From an uncultured Chitinophagaceae bacterium (GTDB lineage Bacteria > Bacteroidota > Bacteroidia > Chitinophagales > Chitinophagaceae), in NCBI GenBank assembly GCA_937873715.1, contig CALMYJ010000004.1, positions 12,722 to 76,721 on the forward strand: a DNA stretch of 64,000 nt, written 5' to 3'. Numbering within the stretch: the stretch's first letter is position 1; every line of letters starts with the position of its first letter. Positions 28,536 through 37,500 of this stretch are shown here, one piece after another. The notes under the pieces were generated by a model, which was not told the DNA's origin, made no database searches, and saw only the letters and a program-made list of their open reading frames with translations. A program made the position numbers and the translations under genes.

Positions 28536-30362
28536 ATGAAACTAACGCTGATAGATATAAGCATTGTTGTGCTGTACCTCGTAACCATGGTTATGGTGGG
28601 CTGGTTCATGCGCAAAAAAGCCAGGCAGAATAAAGAGAGCTATTTAATGGGTGGCAAAAGCCTGCCCTGGTATATGCTGGGCCTTAGCGATGCCAGCGAT
28701 ATGTTCGATATCAGCGGTACCATGTGGATGGTGGCCTTATGCTTTGTGTATGGCTTTAAAAGCATCTGGGTACCCTGGCTGTGGCCGGTGTTCAACCAGG
28801 TGTTTATGATGATGTTCCTGAGCAAATGGCTCCGCCGCAGTAACGTAAATACCGGTGCCGAATGGTTGCAAACCCGGTTTGGCACAACAGGAACGGGTGT
28901 ACAGGCATCGCATATTGTTGTGATTGCGTTTGCATTAATTAGCTGTCTTGGTTTTTTGGCATACGGTTTTATTGGTCTTGGTAAATTCATTGAAGTATTT
29001 ATTCCCTGGGATGCAGTTAAAGCCTACCTGCCTTTTGATTTGCCGGCAAAGTATGTTCCGCATTTTTATGGTATTGTATTTACACTCTTTGCGATGTTTT
29101 ATTCCATTATTGGCGGTATGCACAGTATTGTGCTGGGCGATGTAATCAAATACATGATTATGATTGTGGCATCACTGGCTATTGGGGTAATAGCCATGCG
29201 GCATTTAAATGGCCATACCCTGCAAACACCTGCCGGGTGGAACAACCCTCTTTTTGGCTGGAAGCTAAACCTCGACTGGAGCCATATTATGCCTGAAGCA
29301 AATCAAAAAATTGCGGAAGATGGCTTTGGAATTTTCGGTTTGTTTTTTATGATGATGTTGCTCAAAGGCATTTTTGCCTCGCTGGCCGGGCCTGCACCCA
29401 ATTATGATATGCAAAAAATACTCAGCACACGCAGTCCTAAAGAAGCCAGTAAAATGAGCGGCTTTGTAAGCATCGTGTTACTACCGGTAAGGTATACCAT
29501 GATTGTGGGGCTTACAGTACTGGCATTGTTGTATTATCATCAGCTTAACCTGAAAGGGCCGGATGGGGTTACTGATTTTGAAAGAATATTACCAGGAGCT
29601 ATTAATAATTTTTTACCTGCCGGTATCCTTGGCCTGGTGCTTACTGGTTTGCTCGGCGCATTTATGGGCACTTTTAGCGGCACGTTAAATGCAGCACAGG
29701 CATATATCGTTAATGATATTTATCTCAAATACATTAATCCCGGGGCAGGCACCAAAAAAACCATTACGGCCAATTATATCGTGGGTGTAGTGGTGGTATT
29801 AACAGGAGTGGTATTTGGTTTTTTATCCGGTAATGTTAACAATATACTGCAATGGATTGTAGGCGGATTGTATGGAGGATATGTGGCTGCCAACTGTTTA
29901 AAATGGTATTGGTGGCGTTTTAATGCCAATGGTTTTTTCTGGGGTATGATGGTAGGCATCGTTGCCGCATTGGTAATGCCTTATGTAACCACCGGTTTGC
30001 CACTTTACTGGTGGCCATTGCTTTTCTTGTTATCACTTGCCGGTTGCATCATCGGCACTTATGCAGCACCTCCAACTGAGATGGCTGTATTAAAATCATT
30101 TTATAAAACAGTACGGCCCTGGGGATTTTGGAAACCTGTGCATGAAGCCGTAATTGAGGAAGATGCAGGGTTTGTAGGCAATACCCGTTTCAGGCTCGAT
30201 ATGTTTAATGTGGCCCTGGGTATTATAGCCCAACTATGCCTTACCATATTGCCCATGTACCTGGTTTTGGGCTACAATAGCCAACTGTTCATTACAATAG
30301 CCATTTTTACAGCTATTGCCCTTGTGCTCAAAAAAACCTGGTGGAATAAACTTGAAGATTAA
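28536..30362 (+). CDS. Sodium:solute symporter (mannobiose/mannosylglucose importer)
   Basis: YLMGGKSLPW, FDISGTM, many transmembrane segments, GPAPNYDMQK. Confidence 0.9.
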   Translation: MKLTLIDISIVVLYLVTMVMVGWFMRKKARQNKESYLMGGKSLPWYMLGLSDASDMFDISGTMWMVALCFVYGFKSIWVPWLWPVFNQVFMMMFLSKWLRRSNVNTGAEWLQTRFGTTGTGVQASHIVVIAFALISCLGFLAYGFIGLGKFIEVFIPWDAVKAYLPFDLPAKYVPHFYGIVFTLFAMFYSIIGGMHSIVLGDVIKYMIMIVASLAIGVIAMRHLNGHTLQTPAGWNNPLFGWKLNLDWSHIMPEANQKIAEDGFGIFGLFFMMMLLKGIFASLAGPAPNYDMQKILSTRSPKEASKMSGFVSIVLLPVRYTMIVGLTVLALLYYHQLNLKGPDGVTDFERILPGAINNFLPAGILGLVLTGLLGAFMGTFSGTLNAAQAYIVNDIYLKYINPGAGTKKTITANYIVGVVVVLTGVVFGFLSGNVNNILQWIVGGLYGGYVAANCLKWYWWRFNANGFFWGMMVGIVAALVMPYVTTGLPLYWWPLLFLLSLAGCIIGTYAAPPTEMAVLKSFYKTVRPWGFWKPVHEAVIEEDAGFVGNTRFRLDMFNVALGIIAQLCLTILPMYLVLGYNSQLFITIAIFTAIALVLKKTWWNKLED

Positions 30363-30375
30363 CAAACACACACTT

Positions 30376-31569
30376 ATGAATATCGATTTTGATAAAAGAA
30401 AAGCAATACTCGAAGCGGCATATAACGATTTGCTGTGTAAGCCCAACGAGATAGTGCAACAAACTAATGGTGTTTTTCATCGGTATAAAAATCCCATACT
30501 TACGGCAGCGCATAGCCCATTACACTGGCGCTACGATTTCAACCCGGCTGCCAACCCATATTTGATGGAGCGCTTTGGTATTAATGCTGTATTCAATGCA
30601 GGAGCTATAAAACTGGATAGCAAATATTTGCTGGTGGCAAGAGTTGAAGGCGCTGACAGGAAATCTTTTTTTGCAGTTGCTGAAAGTCATAACGGTATCG
30701 ACAATTTCAGGTTTTGGGATAAACCTGTTTTAATGCCCGAAGCGGAAGTGCCCGATACCAACATTTACGATATGCGCCTGGTACAACATGAAGATGGCTG
30801 GATATACGGCCTGTTTTGTACCGAGCGCCGCGACCCCGAAGCACACCCTAATAACCAGTCTGCCGCAGTGGCTCAATGCGGTATTGCCCGTACAAAAAAC
30901 CTGGTACAGTGGGAGCGCCTTGCCGATTTAAAAACACCATCTCCGCAACAGCGGAATGTGGTATTACATCCAGAATATGTACAGGGCAACTATGCTTTTT
31001 ATACCCGGCCGCAGGATAGTTTTATAGAAGCAGGTACAGGCGGCGGCATTGGATTTGGCCTCAGTAGCAGTATTGAAAATGCCGTGATAGAAAAAGAAAC
31101 CGTGATGGATAAAAAAGTGTATCACACCGTATACGAAGCTAAAAACGGCCTGGGCCCGGCCCCGATAAAAACAGCGAAGGGCTGGCTGCACCTGGCACAT
31201 GGCGTAAGGCATACTGCTGCCGGGCTGCGTTATGTATTGTATCTTTTTATGACAAGCCTTGATGATATTACCAGGGTAATATACAAACCGGCCGGCTACT
31301 TTATGGCGCCTGAAAATGAAGAACGGGTAGGTGATGTATCGAATGTACTTTTTAGCAATGGCTGGATTGCTGATGACGATGGAACCATATTTATTTATTA
31401 TGCTTCTTCCGATACAAGAATACATGTAGCCACCAGTACCATCAACCAATTGCTGGACTATGTAATGCATACGCCGCCAGATGGCTTTTCATCGGCTGCA
31501 TCGGTGCAAACCATTAACAGTATTATTGATGCCAATGGCAGTTTGGCAAAAAAAATTACTGTTGTATAG
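30376..31569 (+). CDS. GH130 4-O-beta-D-mannosyl-D-glucose phosphorylase
   Basis: RYKNPILT, VFNAGA, YDMRLVQHEDGWIYGLFCTER, GWLHLAHGVR, GDVSNVLF. Confidence 0.93.
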   Translation: MNIDFDKRKAILEAAYNDLLCKPNEIVQQTNGVFHRYKNPILTAAHSPLHWRYDFNPAANPYLMERFGINAVFNAGAIKLDSKYLLVARVEGADRKSFFAVAESHNGIDNFRFWDKPVLMPEAEVPDTNIYDMRLVQHEDGWIYGLFCTERRDPEAHPNNQSAAVAQCGIARTKNLVQWERLADLKTPSPQQRNVVLHPEYVQGNYAFYTRPQDSFIEAGTGGGIGFGLSSSIENAVIEKETVMDKKVYHTVYEAKNGLGPAPIKTAKGWLHLAHGVRHTAAGLRYVLYLFMTSLDDITRVIYKPAGYFMAPENEERVGDVSNVLFSNGWIADDDGTIFIYYASSDTRIHVATSTINQLLDYVMHTPPDGFSSAASVQTINSIIDANGSLAKKITVV

Positions 31570-31579
31570 TTTTTAAATA

Positions 31580-32803
31580 ATGATACGAACAAAGAGCTTA
31601 CCAGAGCAAATCCCCGGTGCTATACTTGAGCTGTACCACAAGCAGATGGTTGAGGAATTGCACAGCATCCTGCAATACTGGATGCAGCACACGATTGATG
31701 CAACCAATGGCGGTTTTTACGGCAAAGTCGATAATAATAATATGGCTGATGCTCATGCACCTAAGGGTGCCGTACTCAATGCCAGGATATTGTGGACGTT
31801 TTCAGCAGCGTATAACCTTACCCGGCAGCCCGGGTACCTGCAGGTGGCCAACAGGGCTTATCAATACATTACCGAATATTTTATCGACAGGAAGTACGGC
31901 GGCACCTACTGGTCGGTAAATTATAAGGGTGAGCCACTCGAAACAAAAAAGCAGGTTTATGCACAGGCATTTTTGTTATACGCCTGCAGCGAATATTATT
32001 TGTGTACCCACAACGAAGCCATAAAAGCGAATGCCCAAAAGCTATACCGGCAGATAGAGAAGCATAGCTTCGACAGGCAATACACTGGCTACTTTGAAGC
32101 ATTTACCCGGGAGTGGCAGCCGCTTGCCGATTTAAGGCTGAGTGATAAAGATGCCAACGAAAAAAAATCGATGAATACACACCTGCATGTGCTGGAAGCA
32201 TACAGCAGTTTGTATAAAATATGGCCCACGGCCGAATTGAAAAGAAGCATAACCCTGCTGTTACATAATTTCAGTGAGCATATAGCAGGCACTAACGGAC
32301 ACCTGCATCTTTTTTTTGATGAATGCTGGAGGGTAAAGGATGATATTATTTCGTACGGGCATGATATTGAAGCGGCATGGCTGATGCTGGAAGCAGCCGT
32401 GGCAATTGGTGATAACCAGTTGATAGATAACTGTAAATTTCTGGCTATAAACATTGCTCAAGCTGTGCAGGCTGGCCTGGATGCGGATGGTGGCCTTTGG
32501 TACGAAAAGCAAGGCGATAACCTCATCAAAGAAAAACACTGGTGGCCGCAGGCAGAGGCAATGGTGGGTTTTTATAACGCCTGGCAAATTAAGGGTGATA
32601 CCCATTACCTCAACCTTTCTTTAAGGGTGTGGCAATTTATACAAGCTTATATCAAAATCAATACACAGGATGAATGGTACTGGGGTATTGATGATAATGG
32701 CCAACCCATGCAGGGAAAAGATAAAGCCGGTTTTTGGAAATGCCCTTACCATAATAGCAGGGCCTGTATGGAAATCATTAAGCGAATCGGTATCAATTTG
32801 TAA
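31580..32803 (+). CDS. Cellobiose/mannobiose 2-epimerase (AGE family)
   Basis: NARILWTFS, MNTHLHVLEAY, SYGHDIEAAW, WWPQAE, WKCPYHNSR. Confidence 0.93.
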   Translation: MIRTKSLPEQIPGAILELYHKQMVEELHSILQYWMQHTIDATNGGFYGKVDNNNMADAHAPKGAVLNARILWTFSAAYNLTRQPGYLQVANRAYQYITEYFIDRKYGGTYWSVNYKGEPLETKKQVYAQAFLLYACSEYYLCTHNEAIKANAQKLYRQIEKHSFDRQYTGYFEAFTREWQPLADLRLSDKDANEKKSMNTHLHVLEAYSSLYKIWPTAELKRSITLLLHNFSEHIAGTNGHLHLFFDECWRVKDDIISYGHDIEAAWLMLEAAVAIGDNQLIDNCKFLAINIAQAVQAGLDADGGLWYEKQGDNLIKEKHWWPQAEAMVGFYNAWQIKGDTHYLNLSLRVWQFIQAYIKINTQDEWYWGIDDNGQPMQGKDKAGFWKCPYHNSRACMEIIKRIGINL

Positions 32804-33413
32804 TCAGCCTGGTTGCAGTTTTCACAGCAGCATCATTGATTTAAACCTCATCATTTATCCTGCAGCGCTTTTAAAAAATATATTTTGGCTTTTTGCAAAC
32901 ACCTGCATCACTCATAAAATGACTTCAGCATCCACAAAAGCCATTTTGAGACCTCATGTTTGAAAAAAACTTATCCACATTTTTGTTAACCTTTCAAAGG
33001 TTTTTTACCCGGGCAATAGCAAGGCAGTAGTACTGTATCAAGGTAGACTTTTTACTGTATTATTCCAAAAAGGCGCTTCATGCAGGGCTCTAAATTTTCA
33101 GGAAAATTTTAGCTGCTTACAGGTAATTAAAGCCCCTTGTTTTTATTTTTTCAATTTTAAAATCCGCCGCTTTTTCTTCTTATATCCTTCCGGCAATTTT
33201 TTATATATAGTAAAATACCTTATTCGTTTTGGGCTGCGTGCTGTTTTGTAAGACCAGGGCTTTTGATGCAGCTAAAATTTAGCCAAACACAGTGCTGTAC
33301 TGCATTACAGGCAACTGCCTTTTGGGGCCCCTTAACAATAATTTACATGCAGGGCTAATATTATTTTCCCTTTTTTTGCGTCATATAGGTAAGCCATTTT
33401 AAAGGCTCATAAC

Positions 33414-33737
33414 ATGAACAGACAAGCTATCAACCAGGAATTGGTGCTCAACCTCAACGCTTCTTTTTGCCAGCGTCAATGGTGCCTGAAGCAGGCTTCG
33501 CAGCAACAAAACACGGCAACATCCACCGAGCAGTTAAAAATGATTTGCTGGGATGGCATGTTGCCTGAAATTTTTCCAAACATTGTTTTGAAAGCAGACA
33601 ACAAACCCCTGGTTATTTGGGAATTGCTCGAAACGGAGCACATGCTGCATTTAAAAATGGGAGAATTTAATGCCAGGCTCGAGGCAGATAGTGCGTTGCA
33701 TCCTTACTTTTTATTGCAGCAGCTACATGCCAATTAA
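33414..33737 (+). CDS. Hypothetical protein
   Basis: 107-aa ATG ORF after a long intergenic region; convergent with the next gene. Confidence 0.65.
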   Translation: MNRQAINQELVLNLNASFCQRQWCLKQASQQQNTATSTEQLKMICWDGMLPEIFPNIVLKADNKPLVIWELLETEHMLHLKMGEFNARLEADSALHPYFLLQQLHAN

Positions 33738-33751
33738 GCCCAACCCTCTGG

Positions 33752-34159
33752 TTACTTAGATTCATTATCAGCAAGCATTGCCTTTAAACGGGCTATACTG
33801 TTTTGCGCCTCTATTAATTGCAGCTTTAGGGCATGTACTTCTGGCTGAGTTACCTTAAGCAAAGCTTCGGTTTCCTCATAGTTCTTTTGCATTAAAAGTA
33901 TATCACTATCCATTTCCCGGATGATATTTTCGGCGGCCTGTAATTTGTTGGTGAGTTCCAGTTCGGCAGCCATTTTATGCTGGTGCAATGCCGCCAGTTC
34001 TTTTTGCAGGGTTTCTTTCATTAATCTTTCACTCTCCAAAAAACCGCTGGCACTTTTTAGCGCCCTGCGTTCTTTTTGCAATTTGCGTACACCAATAAAC
34101 CATGCAATGCCCATACCGGCAATAAAGGCAGCAAGGATGTAAAGGATGGTGTACAGCAT
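33752..34159 (-). CDS. Membrane-anchored coiled-coil hypothetical protein
   Basis: One N-terminal TM helix followed by a heptad-like E/K/L/Q-rich helix. Confidence 0.7.
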   Translation of the reverse strand: MLYTILYILAAFIAGMGIAWFIGVRKLQKERRALKSASGFLESERLMKETLQKELAALHQHKMAAELELTNKLQAAENIIREMDSDILLMQKNYEETEALLKVTQPEVHALKLQLIEAQNSIARLKAMLADNESK

Positions 34160-34244
34160 GAATGAAAATTTCGGTCTGCAAAATATTTCATTTCAGCTTA
34201 AAAAGGTTCAGCGGGCAGCAATGATTTTTATAGCAGCACAGTTG

Positions 34245-34568
34245 TCAGGCACTTTGTTTCAAAAACAGCCTGCATTGTTCTTTACGCCTGCGGCTTACCT
34301 GCACCACATCCCCATTGGCCAGGGTTAACCTGCTGTTTGCTTCTATACAGGTAATATGCTGCCTGTTTACCAGGTGTGTACGATGTATCCGGCAAAATGT
34401 ATCGGTAGGTAAATTTTCTTCAAACCAGTGCAGCACTTTAGCCACTACCAACGGTTTTTCGTTGATAAAAAATATCCTGCAATAATTACTGCTGGCTTCT
34501 ACCCGTATGATGGCCTCCTCTGCTACGGGTTTTATGCCTTTGTTGGTAGGGATGAAAAACTGTTTCAT
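34245..34568 (-). CDS. Stand-alone LytTR DNA-binding protein
   Basis: IIRVEASSNY, F.RIHRTHLVN...I; no receiver domain. Confidence 0.9.
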   Translation of the reverse strand: MKQFFIPTNKGIKPVAEEAIIRVEASSNYCRIFFINEKPLVVAKVLHWFEENLPTDTFCRIHRTHLVNRQHITCIEANSRLTLANGDVVQVSRRRKEQCRLFLKQSA

Positions 34569-34575
34569 ACATCAT

Positions 34576-37500
34576 TTATTTATTTACCTGCAGTGGTGCC
34601 TGTAATATAAGGCCGCTGCCTGTGCCTACTTCTACACTGCCTTTAACGGTTAACGTTTTTTTATTGATAAAATGCCGGTTGCCATTACGGGTGCCTGCAT
34701 TAATGATGAGTTTGCCAATTTTTGCCGGAAAATTACTGCCGCCAAATCCATCAGGATTTTTGCCGGGAGTGGCTGATGTATTTACACCAAGTACCAGGGT
34801 GCTGTTGTCGCCAAAATTGTACGCACAATTAATGGCCTGGCTGGCATCGCCAAATGGAGGATCGGCCAACTCTAATATGCCGCCGGTGAAATTAAAGCCA
34901 AGCATGCCGGGGGAAGCTTCAAACAGCGACAGGCCATTGCTTACCGAAATATCCTGTACACCGGCATTGCCATCAATCTTAAGGTTGCCGCCACTCATAT
35001 TAAATGTACTGCCGCTTTTGTGCAACACACGGCCTTTTACACTTATTGTACCACTTTGTATGGTTAAAGTGCCGGCATTTTCCAGCATGGCAGTGCCTTC
35101 GCCAGTTTCGCCAATTTGCAGGTTAATTGAGGCATTGTTTAGCGTTAAAGTGGCACCCGGATTAATACGTGCTGCTTTAATGATAATGCTGGTATCGGCA
35201 TTAACGGCATGTTGCACAACAATAGAATCGCAGAGGCCAGGTACCACGCCTTTGCTCCATATGGCAGGGTTTTTAAAGCTGCCTGCTGCAATGGTTTTAT
35301 TTATACAAAAACTGTCCAGCGGCATAATTGTTTTTATCAGCAATGTGTCAGAAAACCCGTTGTATGTAAATATGCCAACAGCATCGCCTTCATTTAATAC
35401 GGTAAATCCGCCAATAGAGTCGATACGGGTAATAATGCCCGGCGGGTTGAAACTAACGGCAACGGCTGTATCTGCTGCAGGGTGATTTACCCATTTGCTA
35501 TTGTATTGTAACTGGTAAGGCGGAAAGTAGTATTCGCCGCCGTAAATGGTGAGTGGCCTGTCGCTATTTACCCTAAAGCCCTGCAGGGGGGCATTGTTTT
35601 TTACCAGCAGGTTAAATGTGTCAATATAATATTTCATGCCATTATCGGGCCGGTAATAAGCAGCTACGGCCCAAAGGGTTTGGCGTCCGCCAAGTTCGGG
35701 CCTTATTTTTACGGGCATTGTTTGTTGGGCGGTGGTTTTGCTAAGGCTGAAAGTATCGGTGTATTGAAATACAAGATTTACATAGGCCAGGTCTGTAGTG
35801 TTTTTAACCCTGAATTTTACGGCCACCGTGCTGTCTGCAAATACCTCAATTCCTTTTGCGGGGAAATCAATTTTTATCCTGGTAGAGTCGTAATAGATGC
35901 TGTCTGTGTTGAGTATTGTTTCGGTTGTTTTGGGTAATGCCAGCATTGGCCTTGCCTGTAACACCGGGTTGGGTTCGGGGTCGTTATTGGCCGGTATTAC
36001 ATCGCCAAACAGTGGACCATATACTTTACTATTAAGCAAATCCATTACCCGCTGGCCTACATCAGGTCGTTTTAAGATGGTTACATGCGATGCATCAAAA
36101 GCAGAGCCCGGCGAATTGTTGAACATGGTGATATATGGCTTGGCACCCGGCAATGGTATACGGGCATGTTCGCTGGCAAGGGGTACTATCAGGTCGCTTT
36201 CGGCCAGGTAGTCGGGATAGCCCAGGTTGCGGCTATACCACTCAAAAAAAGTGAGCATACGGGTAACATTTCCTACCGCCAGCATAGGCTCCAGTACAGC
36301 TTTTTTTATGGTAAGGGGTACCAGTCTTGAATTGAGCATGCACTTGATGATATTGTTGCAGTACTCAATTACTGGGTCCATTTCGGCCAGCATGGTGGTT
36401 GTTTGCACACTTAGCAGGTTTACATTGCCGGTTATCATGTGAAACTTAGCTTTTGTTTCTGCCAGGTTTATTCCTCCCCTTGCATCAGATACCTGCAGGT
36501 TGTTTACTGCATCCGATGCCTTAAAGGTGGTAGTGAGCAGGTTGTTTGGATTAGTGGGCTGTATAAAGTCGTAGGGTATTTGCCGCATCCTGTCGACAAG
36601 GTAACCGGTACGCATAATCGCATTTAGCCATTCAGGGGCCTGTGGTATAAATTCATCCACGCCGTCGCCCAGTATGGAGCTGTTGTGTGGGGTGTTTACA
36701 AAAACAATTTTGTGGGTAAAGCCCCTGTTGTAATTAAAATAACGGCGGCCGCTTCCTTCGCCGGCGTAAAATTTATACGCCATCCTGTCTATAGCATGGC
36801 GAATCATAATGCCTCCCATACTGTGGCATACATAATCTACCTGATTGGCCGCATAGCCCATGCCACGCATTTGCTCCAGGTTGCCCTGCAGGGTGTTTGT
36901 TCTATCCTGTGCAGTGTCTTTGTTAGGGTCGGCGGCAAGGGCATCGCCAGCCATTAACAGTTTTGCATTTTTTATGAATGCGGCACGGCCATTCATAGTG
37001 AGCATGTGTGCATATTTAAACCTGGGGCTGTTTTTAAAATAGATGCTGTCGTTGTGCCTGAAATCGTACCAGGTAGGCGGGCCGCTGGCAAGCCCATGCA
37101 CCATTAATAATGGCGGTCGTACAATTTTTAGTTTATCGTATACCAGGGTGTCTTTGCTGTTATTGGCATAGCTTACAATTATCCTGATTTTTTCGGTGCG
37201 TACTGATTTATCAGCATCCGGGCCATTGGCATCCATACTAAAATCATTGGGGGCTACATACCAGGCCCAAAATTCTTTTGGCTTTGCTGCAGTATTGATA
37301 GTAATATCGGTAGCCGTGCCGGTGCTGGCTTCTTCACTGTATTTATCTAAAACAGTGGCAACCTTTAAACGTCCTCTTATGGAGGAGTCGGCTGCTGTAT
37401 ATTCATGCAGGCTAATATTTACACTGGTTATATCGGGCAGCGTGGTATCGCCATTTTTTATAACCAAATACATTCTTGATACACCATCTGCTGCCACCCC

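Noticed and set aside
32971-32979. Replication origin
   Set aside because: Only one perfect DnaA box was found, with no box cluster, dnaA or gidA context. It is kept only as part of the intergenic finding
33104-33280. 6S RNA (similar length, closing stem)
   Set aside because: The interior is U-rich on both arms and does not form the long irregular duplex with a central bubble
34622-35485. 287-aa plus-strand ORF
   Set aside because: It is an antisense shadow of the lipase-like gene with no recognisable motifs
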